64,000 nt of DNA. Source: a bacterium (GTDB lineage: Bacteria; SAR324; NAC60-12). A program made the position numbers and the translations under genes. The notes beneath the pieces were generated by a model, which was not told where the DNA came from, searched no databases, and saw only the letters and a list, made by a program, of their open reading frames with translations. The stretch covers positions 384,001-448,000 of the forward strand of contig CBDBHR010000030.1 in the NCBI GenBank assembly GCA_965205865.1. The letters run 5' to 3'. Shown here piece by piece: positions 21,989-33,137 of this stretch; position 1 is the first letter of the stretch; each line of letters starts with the position of its first letter.

Positions 21989-22864
21989 TTATGAATTGCT
22001 CAACTCGGGTTTCTCAAACGAGTTGCCAACGAGAGAGGCGATGGTTCGGATATGGGCTGGTGTCGTATTGGCACCTCCCCCAATAATTGCAGGTTCATGG
22101 CTCAGCAGGTTTTCGACGACTTGGGGAAAACCGGTGGCGACCTGTCCAAATGGCTGAGGAAGCGTTTCATCCAGCAAGATGCTGACGATACCAAAATGGC
22201 GGATGATGGAAGCTGTCAAAGCCACCAATTTCGGATGTTGCCAAGAGGCTTGGATGCCGATAAAGTCCGCATTTTTTTGCACTTCTTCCAATTGGCGCGT
22301 CAGGGTGGAGGGATCGTCATGCAGAGTGAATTTCAAATGCGCGACTATTTGCTTTTGCATGGAACGTTTCGCCACCCGGACCGCCATCTTCAAATCTTCC
22401 CAATCCGCAAACTCACTGAACATGACGAAGCGAGCTCCCGTATCAGCTTGATAAATCAACTGTGTTCCGTATGCTCGTTCCATCCATAGCTTTGGGATGT
22501 CCCCGGATATGTCTTTTTTGATGGAGGTCACGCTTGCTGCCGGAATGCCACGCATGCCGACCCCTTTTCGTAAAAGAGCCATCCCATTATTGTTGATATT
22601 TTCTCCACGATTCTCGATCTCCAGGGTTTTTAAGACAAATTGATGGGCCCCTTCGGTATTGATTCGCAAAATCGATGCTCCGGCATTGAGATAGGCTTGA
22701 TGCATCTGCGAGACCAATGCGGGGTGAGTCAGGTTGGCCAGGAAACAGGCATTGGTTTCGGGGAATCCCCATTCCCGCAGAAGTAGAGGCTTGGCGCCAT
22801 CACAGATCACCGGAGCGTGTTTTTCCAGATGGTTAAGAAGAGAAAACTGCGGAAAAGTTGCCAT
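21989..22864 (-). CDS. Homocysteine S-methyltransferase-fold protein lacking the Zn-binding cysteines
   Basis: ICDGA, HQAYLNAGA, IIGGGANTTPAHI (canonical GGCCGTTP). Confidence 0.75.
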   Translation of the reverse strand: MATFPQFSLLNHLEKHAPVICDGAKPLLLREWGFPETNACFLANLTHPALVSQMHQAYLNAGASILRINTEGAHQFVLKTLEIENRGENINNNGMALLRKGVGMRGIPAASVTSIKKDISGDIPKLWMERAYGTQLIYQADTGARFVMFSEFADWEDLKMAVRVAKRSMQKQIVAHLKFTLHDDPSTLTRQLEEVQKNADFIGIQASWQHPKLVALTASIIRHFGIVSILLDETLPQPFGQVATGFPQVVENLLSHEPAIIGGGANTTPAHIRTIASLVGNSFEKPELSNS

Positions 22865-22901
22865 CGTGTCTGCCGAGCCGGTTCGAGGAGTTCATGCGGG
22901 A

Positions 22902-23612
22902 TTACTTGAGCAGGGAATCGAGGGCATTCCTGTCAAAATGCTCACTTATCAATTCTCCAATACTTGCCGGATTGTTCAGTCCGCTTGCCAGAAAGGGCAG
23001 CAATGCCAGTACGCGGACCGAGGTTTTTTCTTCCAGAGTGAGCCACTGATAAAAGATCAAGTCGGCATGTTTGGAATTGAGACGGTTGGAAAGAACAATG
23101 CCGACAATTTCTACTTTTGCCTGCTGAAGCGCATGTAGCTGCAAGAGGGTTTCTGCCAGTTCACGTTCCCCGATATTGGTGACCCAAACCACCCGCGGAT
23201 TCCAGTACCGGAACAATTCGATTTCCATCTCCGTTTCAGTCAGTGGCGTATAGAGACTGCGGCCCCCTTCGATCACAATTCGCTCAAAATGCGTGTAGAG
23301 CTGCTTGAAATGGTGCTGCAGCACTTTTGTTTTCAGTGTAATACCATCTCGCCGGGCGGCCAGCACGGGTGGCAGGTCTTCATTCAATAAAAAGGGATTG
23401 ACGAGATTGGGATGCTCGTTCATGGAGGCCGCTCGATGCAGACGCAACCCATCTCCCGGCAGGTCGGCGGCGTTGTAGTCCATCTGTCCCACATCTACCG
23501 GTTTCCAGGCGGCTGTTTTATAATTCCGGCTCAAGAGATGGAGCAAGCCGAGCGCCACAAAAGTTTTGCCAACCCCTTTTGCCGAACCTCCTACATAAAT
23601 CGAGGCGCTCAT
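22902..23612 (-). CDS. bioD: Dethiobiotin synthase
   Basis: GVGKT, WKPV and IEGG motifs. Confidence 0.85.
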   Translation of the reverse strand: MSASIYVGGSAKGVGKTFVALGLLHLLSRNYKTAAWKPVDVGQMDYNAADLPGDGLRLHRAASMNEHPNLVNPFLLNEDLPPVLAARRDGITLKTKVLQHHFKQLYTHFERIVIEGGRSLYTPLTETEMEIELFRYWNPRVVWVTNIGERELAETLLQLHALQQAKVEIVGIVLSNRLNSKHADLIFYQWLTLEEKTSVRVLALLPFLASGLNNPASIGELISEHFDRNALDSLLK

Positions 23613-24133
23613 TTGTTCCTTTTTAAGATTGAGTACGAAATATGCATTTCCTGTATAATAATGGTTCTGACATTTTTTTTAATTCTTAATAAATTGAAAA
23701 TAAATCATTTCAAATACTTAGAAAAAGTATCTGAATTATTTACAACTCTGAGTCAGTTTCTCAGTTTGAAATAATTCAAGCAATCCCGATGACCGTGTCA
23801 TGCATGACTTGATCAGGCATCCAGGAGTTCTTTGGCAGGCCCCCTGGATTCCTGGGCAAGCCAGGAATGACATTGATTCTGTGTACGGAACAAAGAATAC
23901 TTCATAGGTATTTCAAAACTGTTAGAAGTATTGGTATAACATAAGCTCAAAAATCAATAAAGGACTCCGATCACTCTGATCAAACTAAAAAAAATAGCAA
24001 AAAAACCTGGTTCGTTTTGGCAATTTATATAATTCATGGTAGTTTACTGGTTTTTGAACGGAGCGTGATCGAACCTTACCAAGGTTGGGTTCCATAGGAT
24101 TGCGCGAAAGAAATTATCATCCCATTCGATTGT

Positions 24134-25402
24134 ATGACCAAGACGCTGAAAGATTTAGGGAAGCTCAAACGAGAACTCGACGTGGAGATTCCTTTTGACG
24201 AAATTAAACCTGAATACGATGAAGTATTTTCCCAATTGAAGGCGGTCACTCTGCGAGGATTTCGTCCCGGAAAATTCCCCAAAGGATGGCTGCAAAAACG
24301 TTTCATTGAACAAATGACCGTGGAAGCGCGGGAGCGGGTGATTCCTGATTACTTCACTCGGATCGTTGATGAAATGAAGTTGCACCCTGTGACCGAGGCA
24401 ACGGTCACGGAGATCACCTTTACTACGAAAAAACCGATGAACTTCAAATTGACCTTTGAAGTTCAACCGGAACCCGCTCTGCTCGATTATCAAAAATTGA
24501 AATTGGAAAAACAGGATGGCGTGGTGGAACCTGAAGAAATAGAAAGCAAGATCACTCTGTTTCGCAAGAGCCGGAGCACGTTTGAAAGCAAATCCGAAGG
24601 AGAAGTTGCAGAAGAAGAAGACCGGGTCACAATCGACTTTAAACGAACCATTGGAGAAGAAAGCGACGAACAAATGGATCAATCGCTTGAATTGAATGAA
24701 AGTCTCTCCCCCGAATTCAAAGACAAAATCTTAGGCATGAAGGTAGGGGAACACAAAGAGTTTTCTTTTGAAATCACTGAAGACCATATGGAAGAGCATG
24801 AGGGAGAGACTGCTGAAATTGAATTGACCTTGAAAGATCTGGAACGGAAATTACTTCCTGAAATGGATGCCGACTTTTTCCAACAGTTTGAAAACGCTGA
24901 AAACGAAGAAGCGTTTCGCCGCTATGTGGTTGAGCAGCTTATAGAAGAAAAGGAAGGTGAGTTGCGTTTATTTTATCATGAGGAATTGAAAAAGCAGTTG
25001 CTCCAGTGTTATGATGAATTTGAATTACCGGAATCACTGATTGAAAAACGAGAAAAACAATGCGAAGGGGAATTGCGCAAATCGAAGAATGGGATTTCCG
25101 AAGCGGAGTTGAATGCCCGCAAGAATGAGCAACTCGATCAATACAAATCTCTATTGCGCATTGAATTTATTCTCAAGCAAATCGCCATGGCAGAGTCTTT
25201 GAAACCCGAGGGAGATGCAGTTGCCCGTCGATTCGCATCCATGGCGCAGCTTTGGGGCGCGCATCCTGATGAATTCATTCACAGTCCGCTTGGTCCCGGA
25301 TTTTACCATCAAATTTATCTGCAGATTTCTCAAGAGCGCGTGCTTGATTATCTAGTCGATCGCCTCGTGGGAAAAATCGAGGTTGCTGTTGTTGAAAGCT
25401 GA
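24134..25402 (+). CDS. tig: Trigger factor
   Basis: GFRPGK ribosome-binding motif; lies upstream of clpP-clpX. Confidence 0.95.
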   Translation: MTKTLKDLGKLKRELDVEIPFDEIKPEYDEVFSQLKAVTLRGFRPGKFPKGWLQKRFIEQMTVEARERVIPDYFTRIVDEMKLHPVTEATVTEITFTTKKPMNFKLTFEVQPEPALLDYQKLKLEKQDGVVEPEEIESKITLFRKSRSTFESKSEGEVAEEEDRVTIDFKRTIGEESDEQMDQSLELNESLSPEFKDKILGMKVGEHKEFSFEITEDHMEEHEGETAEIELTLKDLERKLLPEMDADFFQQFENAENEEAFRRYVVEQLIEEKEGELRLFYHEELKKQLLQCYDEFELPESLIEKREKQCEGELRKSKNGISEAELNARKNEQLDQYKSLLRIEFILKQIAMAESLKPEGDAVARRFASMAQLWGAHPDEFIHSPLGPGFYHQIYLQISQERVLDYLVDRLVGKIEVAVVES

Positions 25403-25514
25403 TTCCCTGGTGGTGGAGGGTTGGTTGGCAGCCGGAAAGAATCTAGTCGCCCCGCTCATGACTGAAGCGCGACACCAACTGGCGCGGCTGGAATGAGAAA
25501 GGAGAAAATATTTT

Positions 25515-26117
25515 ATGCCTTTAGTGCCGATGGTGGTGGAACAAACCAATCGTGGGGAACGCGCCTACGATATTTATTCGCGTTTGCTGAAAGACCGGAT
25601 CATCTTTCTGGGAACGCCAGTGGATGACAATATTGCCAATTTGATGATCGCCCAACTGCTTTTTCTGGAAGCGGAAGATCCGGAAAGTGACGTGTTCCTT
25701 TACATCAACTGCCCAGGAGGAATGGTCACTGCAGGATTTGCCATTTATGACACGATACAATATCTTAAGCCGGACATTCAGACTATATGTCTTGGGCAGG
25801 CAGCGAGCATGGGAGCGATTTTATTGGCGGCAGGGACCCGGGGAAAGCGTTTTGCGCTGCCCCATGCGCGCATCATGATTCATCAGCTCACCGGAGGGTT
25901 TTCCGGGCAAGCGGAAGATATAGACATTCAAGCAAAAGAAATGTTGCGCCTGAAAATGACAGTAAATGAAGTCTTAGCCAAACATACCGACAAAACACTG
26001 ACGGAAATTGAAAACGATACACTGCGTGACTATTATTTTTCCAGCGAAGAAGCCAAATCCTATGGCCTGATCGATGCGGTCATGGTCAATCGGGATTTGC
26101 CAGCAAAAGAGGAATAA
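25515..26117 (+). CDS. clpP: ATP-dependent Clp protease, proteolytic subunit
   Basis: [19 protein letters not shown] and MIHQ motifs. Confidence 0.98.
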   Translation: MPLVPMVVEQTNRGERAYDIYSRLLKDRIIFLGTPVDDNIANLMIAQLLFLEAEDPESDVFLYINCPGGMVTAGFAIYDTIQYLKPDIQTICLGQAASMGAILLAAGTRGKRFALPHARIMIHQLTGGFSGQAEDIDIQAKEMLRLKMTVNEVLAKHTDKTLTEIENDTLRDYYFSSEEAKSYGLIDAVMVNRDLPAKEE

Positions 26118-26174
26118 AATGACTTTTGCCGGTCCCACTCAACCAGAGTTTGCTGGAAAACGGAGAATGAATTT

Positions 26175-27431
26175 ATGAAGAATCAAAAAGATATCCTCTT
26201 GCGTTGTTCTTTTTGTGGAAAAACCCAGGATGAAGTGAAGAAAATCATCGCAGGGCCGACCGTTTATATTTGCGACGAATGCATCGAGCTTTGCAATGAT
26301 ATCATGGAAGAGGAATGGCACAAAGACCGGGTTATTGATCCCGGTCAGCTCTTGATGACTCCCGTTGAGATCAAGTCGGTGTTGGACAACTACGTGGTGG
26401 GACAGGAAAAAGCGAAAAAAGTCCTGGCCGTTGCCGTCCACAATCATTACAAACGCTGCCATGCGAACTACAACAGCAGTGACGTAGAATTGCAAAAAAG
26501 TAATATTCTCCTCATTGGTCCTACGGGAACCGGAAAAACGTTGTTGGCCCAAACACTGGCGAAAATTCTCAATGCGCCCTTTGCCATGGCCGATGCCACG
26601 GCTTTGACGGAAGCAGGCTACGTGGGAGAGGACGTGGAGAATATTATCCTCAAATTGCTGCAGAATGCCGACTATGACATAGAACGCGCCGAACAGGGGA
26701 TTATCTATATCGACGAAATCGACAAAATAACGCGCAAAACAGAAAATCCTTCAATCACGCGGGATGTTTCCGGAGAAGGCGTGCAGCAAGCATTGCTTAA
26801 AATCATTGAAGGCATGGTAGCCAACATCCCACCCCAGGGAGGGCGTAAGCATCCCCAGCAGGAATACCTGCAAGTCGACACCACTAACATCCTCTTCATC
26901 TGCGGAGGCGCCTTTGTGGGTTTGGATACGATCATCAATAAACGGATCGGGGACCACTCCATTGGCTTTGGCGCTTCCATTCCGAATAAACAAGGGCAGT
27001 CCAACTCCGAAACCTTCGAACATCTCGAACCTGAAGATTTGCTGAAATATGGCTTGATTCCCGAATTCATCGGACGACTGCCGGTCATCACAACGTTGGA
27101 GGACTTGGGAGAAGAGCATTTGGTCCGGATCCTCCAGGAACCCAAAAATGCTATCCTGAAACAGTATCAAAAACTCTTTGAATTGGAAGAGGCGGAGTTG
27201 ACCTTCACGCAAAGCGCAATTCAAGCAATCGCCCGGGAAGCCATCAAACGCAAAACCGGAGCACGGGGGCTTCGTTCCATTCTGGAAAATATCATGTTGG
27301 ATATCATGTATGACATTCCCTCGAATCCGCAAATCAAGGAATGCGTGGTGACCGAATCAACCATTGCTCAAAAAGCCGCACCTAAACTGGTCATGCACAA
27401 ATCTGCAGGCAGACGGGCTAAAGCAGGCTGA
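26175..27431 (+). CDS. clpX: Clp protease ATP-binding subunit
   Basis: CSFCGK zinc finger, [21 protein letters not shown] loop. Confidence 0.98.
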   Translation: MKNQKDILLRCSFCGKTQDEVKKIIAGPTVYICDECIELCNDIMEEEWHKDRVIDPGQLLMTPVEIKSVLDNYVVGQEKAKKVLAVAVHNHYKRCHANYNSSDVELQKSNILLIGPTGTGKTLLAQTLAKILNAPFAMADATALTEAGYVGEDVENIILKLLQNADYDIERAEQGIIYIDEIDKITRKTENPSITRDVSGEGVQQALLKIIEGMVANIPPQGGRKHPQQEYLQVDTTNILFICGGAFVGLDTIINKRIGDHSIGFGASIPNKQGQSNSETFEHLEPEDLLKYGLIPEFIGRLPVITTLEDLGEEHLVRILQEPKNAILKQYQKLFELEEAELTFTQSAIQAIAREAIKRKTGARGLRSILENIMLDIMYDIPSNPQIKECVVTESTIAQKAAPKLVMHKSAGRRAKAG

Positions 27432-27546
27432 GTTTATGGGATGTGGCGAGGCAACCCCGTGAATCGATACCGCCATTTCTCCATCCTTCATCTTTTTCGT
27501 CTTGTTGAAGGGACTCTTTCCTTGATTCTTGTCTGTTCGATAATGC

Positions 27547-28542
27547 ATGAAGACTTTTGATGTTTTTGGCATAGGCAATCCTCTGGTCGATCTGCTGGCT
27601 CATGTTTCCGGACATTTTTTAAAAGCGCAGGGTCTGGAAAAAAACCGCATGTACCTCGTCGATTTTGAAAGACAGCAAAAGATCCTTGCAGAACTGGAAA
27701 AAAACGACATGGAGGTGTTGTATATGCCGGGTGGTTCTTGTGCCAACAGCATGATCGGGATTGCCCAACTTGGCGGCTCGAGCATCTATGGCGGGAAAAT
27801 AGGAAGGGATGAATACGGGGCGATTTACAAAGAAAAACTGGTAGAAGCGAAAGTCGCCTCTTCCTTGGGAGAAGGCGATGGCTCCACGGGAAGCAGTCTC
27901 ATTCTGGTGATGGAGGATGCGTCGCGAACCATGAACACGCATTTGGGAATCTCCCGGAATTTCCGATTCGCCGATATTTCCCAGGACTTGCTGAAAGCGG
28001 TTCAGTATCTATACATTGAAGGGTATCTTTGGGACACGGAAGAACAAAAAAAAGCCATCCTCCTCACCATCGACAAGGCCCGGGAGTTTGGCGTCAAGAT
28101 TTCCCTCAGCCTGTCCGATCCTTTTTGCGTGGCGCGTCACGCTGCCGCATTCAATAAACTATGCCGGGATTGCGTGGATCTGGTATTTTGCAATCAGGAA
28201 GAGGCGTTTGGTTTGACGGGAACCACCATTTCGCAGGAAGCGTTGCATCGCTTGAACGAACAGATTGAAACCGTGGCTATGACACTAGGACCCCGTGGAG
28301 CCTTGATTGCTCACCAGGGTCGGGTTACTTATATTGATCCATTTTCTCTTCAAGTGATGGATACCACCGGGGCTGGAGATGCCTTTGCCGCAGGGTTTTT
28401 ATATGGCGTCACGCAAGGCAAATCCATCTTGGAAAGCGGACGAATTGCAGCAGCTATGGCGGCTTTGATCATCAGTCGGTTGGGACCCCGTTATCAGGGG
28501 GATTTGAAAAGCGGACTGCAGCAATTATTATCATCCTCGTAA
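27547..28542 (+). CDS. PfkB-family (adenosine-like) kinase
   Basis: GNPLVD, GGS.AN and DTTGAGDAF motifs. Confidence 0.9.
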   Translation: MKTFDVFGIGNPLVDLLAHVSGHFLKAQGLEKNRMYLVDFERQQKILAELEKNDMEVLYMPGGSCANSMIGIAQLGGSSIYGGKIGRDEYGAIYKEKLVEAKVASSLGEGDGSTGSSLILVMEDASRTMNTHLGISRNFRFADISQDLLKAVQYLYIEGYLWDTEEQKKAILLTIDKAREFGVKISLSLSDPFCVARHAAAFNKLCRDCVDLVFCNQEEAFGLTGTTISQEALHRLNEQIETVAMTLGPRGALIAHQGRVTYIDPFSLQVMDTTGAGDAFAAGFLYGVTQGKSILESGRIAAAMAALIISRLGPRYQGDLKSGLQQLLSSS

Positions 28543-28579
28543 TCATCAAGACCAATTGCTTCATCAATCGAGACTCCAA

Positions 28580-29818
28580 ATGGAACATCAGGCAATGCCT
28601 GAATTGCTGGCGCCTGCCGGCAGTCCGGAAAAATTGAAAATTGCGGTGTTGTACGGAGCCAATGCGGTTTACCTGGCAGGACCCCTCTTCGGCTTGCGAG
28701 CAGGAACTGATAATTTTTCCGACGTGGAACTGGAGGAAGGTGTCATCTTTGCGCATCAACGACGCGCAAAAGTCTATGTTACTTTGAATACCTTCCCACA
28801 TGATGAAGAGCTACTTCACCTTCCGGAATATGTGACATTCCTGGAGACCTGTGGTGTCGATGCCGTGATTGTTTCAGATGCGGGATTACTCTCCGTGGCG
28901 CAACAGCGCTCGAACCTGCCGACCCACCTCTCCACCCAGGCATCCTGTCTGAATTCCTATGCGGCCATGCTTTGGAAAAACCTGGGCGTGAAACGCATTG
29001 TGCTGGGACGGGAAATTTCCATTGAACAAGCGCATGCCATTCAGCAACAGGCGGACATTGAAGTGGAAATGTTCATTCATGGCGCCATGTGTACGGCCTA
29101 CTCCGGTAACTGTATTATCTCCAATTTCACCCTGGCCCGTGATAGCAACCGGGGAGGCTGCGCGCAGAGTTGCCGCTTTTCTTATTCCATTTGGGAAAAC
29201 AGAAAAGAACGAGAGGCCGGAACCGAGCCATTGTATGAAAACGTGAGCTTCATGAGCTCCAAAGATTTGCGGGGACTGACACTCCTCCCGCGTTTCATTG
29301 ATGCCCGGATCTGCAGTCTCAAAATTGAAGGGCGCATGAAAAGCAATCTCTATGTCGCCACTACCGTTCGGGCTTATGCTTCGGCATTGAAAAAGTGTCA
29401 GGAAAATCCTGGAAAAAACGCTGTCGCTCTCGTTCGCTTATCAGCAGAATTGGAAAAAATCCCGCATCGCCAATATACGCAGGGATCCTTGATTCAACCC
29501 GCGGGGACGGACAGCATTTATGATGGTCAGGAACAAGCGGGAAAACACAACTCGCGCTATGAAATGGCGGGAACCATTGTCGAAGTACAATCTCGATATA
29601 TGACCATGATGGTACAGAATCCTATCAGCAACCAGGACGATCTTGAAATTCTATCCTTTGATGGAACCACCATTCCATTGAAAACCAACGACATGAAAAA
29701 TATCCGGCACCAACCCATTCCAAACTCCCGGACTAACAGCCTTGTAGTGCTTCCACTTGCCGACAAAGCGCAACCTCTCAATCTCGTCCGAAAACGGTCC
29801 GGTAACACCCACGGGTAG
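28580..29818 (+). CDS. U32-family protein (TrhP-like tRNA hydroxylation)
   Basis: ELLAPAG, HLSTQ, HGAMC.AYSG.C, NRGGCAQSCR and LKIEGR motifs. Confidence 0.9.
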   Translation: MEHQAMPELLAPAGSPEKLKIAVLYGANAVYLAGPLFGLRAGTDNFSDVELEEGVIFAHQRRAKVYVTLNTFPHDEELLHLPEYVTFLETCGVDAVIVSDAGLLSVAQQRSNLPTHLSTQASCLNSYAAMLWKNLGVKRIVLGREISIEQAHAIQQQADIEVEMFIHGAMCTAYSGNCIISNFTLARDSNRGGCAQSCRFSYSIWENRKEREAGTEPLYENVSFMSSKDLRGLTLLPRFIDARICSLKIEGRMKSNLYVATTVRAYASALKKCQENPGKNAVALVRLSAELEKIPHRQYTQGSLIQPAGTDSIYDGQEQAGKHNSRYEMAGTIVEVQSRYMTMMVQNPISNQDDLEILSFDGTTIPLKTNDMKNIRHQPIPNSRTNSLVVLPLADKAQPLNLVRKRSGNTHG

Positions 29819-30327
29819 AGTAGTGGAGAGGCATTTTTCATCAATCCGGACACGGAACTGTCAAAGCGCTCTCCCGACATGCGTACATCATTGGCATCGA
29901 GGAAAGTTCAGGCATTGTCGGTGAAATCGGCGATTGTCTGAATTTGGAGGGAAACCACGCTCATCTCGACTGCCTCCCACGGAAAAAAACAATCCCTGAG
30001 ATCCTTGCTCGAGCAGAAGGGCAATGAAGGCAGGCACCATACATTAAGATCCCTTTTGAAAATCCTGAAAAAGAATCGAAGTGCTCCCTTGACATTGGAC
30101 TACAACACGATTAATTTTGTATGTCTTTACTCTTTGTGAAAATCGCGCATTTTGCATAGAGCATAGTCAGCTTGGCCAGTTTCTTCAGGTTGGCCAAGCT
30201 TTTTGAGAATCACAAGATGAATCACAAGATGGAATACTACGCACGCAAAGGCCAGTCTCTGGCAAAACATCTACGAGGGGTGGCTTTGGGTTCGAGGAAC
30301 GCATGGTAGTATGCCCGTAGCAGAGTA

Positions 30328-30957
30328 ATGAAAACCTACACAGTCCAATTCGAGATTGCCGGCCCAACGGCCATGTGGACCCGGCCTGACACCGGCTCGT
30401 CCCCTGTGTCTTATGTGGCGCCCACCCTCAGCGCAGTGAAGGGCATCTTTGAGTCTATCCTTCGTTGGAAATCCGTGAACGTGCGCCCGAGAAGAGTGGA
30501 AATATGCCAGCCGGTACAGTTTCATCGTTATGCAACGAACTACAGTGGGCCATTGCGCGCATCTGAGGCAATAAAGAAAGGCACATCATTTCAGTTGTTC
30601 GCATTGGTGTTGGTGAACGTTTGCTATCGGCTCTACGCTGAAGTGGACTGGAATCGTGAGCCAAACGGTGAACGCGCGCAGGCACCTGATGGTCAATGTT
30701 CGCTCCATGCTTTTCAGGATGCCTTTAATCGTCGTTTGAACAACGGTCAGTGGTTTTACACACCCTGCCTTGGATGGAAAGAATTCGCCCCAGATTACGT
30801 GGGAGCATTTCGCTCGGAAACACGGGTGTGCGAGAGTGAAAGTCATGAGCTGCCATCCATGTTGCGCATGGTATTTGACTGCCCGCAGCAAGGTCTTGTA
30901 AAACCAAGTTTCTGCCAGGGAATGAAAGTTGAGAAAGGAGTGTTGGTCTATGCTTAA
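30328..30957 (+). CDS. cas5: Type I-C Cas5
   Basis: GPTAMWTRP, SY..PT.SAVKGIFESI and PCLGWKEF motifs. Confidence 0.9.
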   Translation: MKTYTVQFEIAGPTAMWTRPDTGSSPVSYVAPTLSAVKGIFESILRWKSVNVRPRRVEICQPVQFHRYATNYSGPLRASEAIKKGTSFQLFALVLVNVCYRLYAEVDWNREPNGERAQAPDGQCSLHAFQDAFNRRLNNGQWFYTPCLGWKEFAPDYVGAFRSETRVCESESHELPSMLRMVFDCPQQGLVKPSFCQGMKVEKGVLVYA

Positions 30958-33133
30958 TGAACTCTATCAGGTCTCGCAGGCTATGGAGCGAGTGGGCATC
31001 ACTCCTCCACCGCGACATCCGCGGATTAGTCCGATGGGCAAAAACCGGGAACTGTTGGTTTTACGGCTGAATGACAAGGCTGAACCGGCCGATGTGGAGT
31101 TCGTTTCAGGAGAAGTGGGGGGCGGTCTTTTTCGCGTGGAGCACGGATCGTCGGGTTGTAGCTTCCCCGGATTCAATATCCCAACGCCACTTCTCGATCT
31201 CACTCAGACATATACCGACGAAGTGACATCTGTTTTGGAACAGCTTTTTTTCGTCTTACGGCAGAAATCGAATCCACCGACAGAGCAGATTCACCATATA
31301 CTCACGGAACTCGCTGGACTGTCCAAGCCGCGCAAACTCACTGATATGCAACGCAGCCAGTTCCGGCGTTCGGTAGTCGACTTGGTCGAGGAACTTGGAG
31401 ATAAGTTTGCCAATACAGAACCGGAACTGGCCAATTTCAAGCGAATTCTAAACATAGTGGGATGTGCCGAACTCGACTTGGATCAGTTCAGCCAGAACCT
31501 AACGGACACCCTGCTTTACACGGCGAGGACAGCAGATCATGAGACCCTCTCCTTAATCCAAGGAGCCCTGTTCGGCATGCTTGATTGGAGAAGACACACC
31601 ATCGATTTCGGCTCAGACGACTACTGGGGAGAAAAGGCAAAGAAAGACAAAAATGCAAATCAACCCGTTTATCTCGACGTGGCAAACATGGATCACAATC
31701 ACAAACCTGTCGCTCATCAGGATACAAGTCAAGCGATAAACAAAATCTTGGTTCAACAATCCGAAGCGGAAGATCAGACAACTCAAAATGATGTTGACGC
31801 CTTCGGAAGTCGAGGTTCATTGCAAGACAAGTACCCGGCGCCAAAGATCGCAGAACTCGGTGATGTGAAGCTTTTTTCAGTAAATACTATCGAAATTTCA
31901 GCACTGAATCGCTATGGACTCAAGGGTTCAGATCAGTTTCAGACAACCACCAGAATCACGCAGCGGATGAATGACTCGTTGCTTTATCTAGCCGATGAGA
32001 AGAAAAAGGGTATCACTTGTCAGCCAATTCCCAGCGTCCAACCCAAAAAACGCGATCTGTTGATTTCCTATCTGGAGGACGCGCCAAATTTTCAGGAAGA
32101 GTTGGCCGATTTGTTCGGTGGTGAGGCACAGACCTTTGGTGATGCGGATTTTGCTGCGCGAACACAGCCTGTGCTTAAAGCCTTGAATGGCAAGTTGCAA
32201 ACGGAGCCGAATCTGAAAGTTCGAATTCTGGCTCTGTGTTCACTCGACAAGGCACGGAAGCAAATTAGCCTGCATCGCCAGTTTCGTGTGCAGGACATCG
32301 TTCGGGCAGCTGGTGACTGGAAGATCGGAGCTGCCAACACGCCGCCCGTTTCCATCTGGTTCTACGACAAGAATGAAAGGAAGCTCGTATGGAAAACCCA
32401 TTTTGTCCCTCATCCACTTGAACTGACATCGGTCATAAATCGCGTCCGGAGTTCAGACCCCAGGTCCGGATTTAGATCCTCGTTCCAACGTGCTGTTACT
32501 ATTTCAGACGCTTACGACGTATTCTTTGCCGACGGACCAATATCCGGGAGCAAGACGCGCCTTTGCTTTTCTCTTCTCTTGTATCGGATGTCTCCAGTCC
32601 TCACCCGCCTCGGGGTCGTCAAGGCCGGACTGAATCGGAAAGGCTTGGGTGAGCCAGTTCGTTGGCAATGCAGGAAGGCGATTTCGCTCCTCGGCATTCT
32701 TCTTCATCAACTCGGACACCTAAAGGATCAGTTTATGGAAGACTCAATCTATCAAATCGGGCGGCTGCTTGCTTTGGCTGACAGCCTGCATTTCCAATAC
32801 TGTAAGTGGGTCCGTACTTCGGACAACAACCGCAAGTCTGGCAAGGTGGATGCGCCTTCCGAATTACTTGGTAACGCACTTTTCAACTTCGCCCTCGATA
32901 ATCCAGTCGTGGCACTAGCCCGTCTCGCCGAGCGCATCCGGCCATACAAGGGCTGGGCAGACACATACTCTGACGAGAGCTCAGGATTGGTTCGTTGGTT
33001 TGTTCTTCAAATGGGCGAATGTGAACGTCATCTCGACGTCACTAAACTGCCCCCACGAATGGAAGACATTCACAAGGCCCAACTCCTTCTCGGCTACTTG
33101 GCCGACCACCCCAAAACTAAAACAGAGGATTAA
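30950..33133 (+). CDS. cas8c: Divergent Cas8c large subunit, with a probable internal Cas11 start at 32735
   Basis: Lies between cas5 and cas7; MLNELY start; C-terminal YQIGRLLA...QLLLGY. Confidence 0.8.
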   Translation: MLNELYQVSQAMERVGITPPPRHPRISPMGKNRELLVLRLNDKAEPADVEFVSGEVGGGLFRVEHGSSGCSFPGFNIPTPLLDLTQTYTDEVTSVLEQLFFVLRQKSNPPTEQIHHILTELAGLSKPRKLTDMQRSQFRRSVVDLVEELGDKFANTEPELANFKRILNIVGCAELDLDQFSQNLTDTLLYTARTADHETLSLIQGALFGMLDWRRHTIDFGSDDYWGEKAKKDKNANQPVYLDVANMDHNHKPVAHQDTSQAINKILVQQSEAEDQTTQNDVDAFGSRGSLQDKYPAPKIAELGDVKLFSVNTIEISALNRYGLKGSDQFQTTTRITQRMNDSLLYLADEKKKGITCQPIPSVQPKKRDLLISYLEDAPNFQEELADLFGGEAQTFGDADFAARTQPVLKALNGKLQTEPNLKVRILALCSLDKARKQISLHRQFRVQDIVRAAGDWKIGAANTPPVSIWFYDKNERKLVWKTHFVPHPLELTSVINRVRSSDPRSGFRSSFQRAVTISDAYDVFFADGPISGSKTRLCFSLLLYRMSPVLTRLGVVKAGLNRKGLGEPVRWQCRKAISLLGILLHQLGHLKDQFMEDSIYQIGRLLALADSLHFQYCKWVRTSDNNRKSGKVDAPSELLGNALFNFALDNPVVALARLAERIRPYKGWADTYSDESSGLVRWFVLQMGECERHLDVTKLPPRMEDIHKAQLLLGYLADHPKTKTED

Positions 33134-33137
33134 CCTT

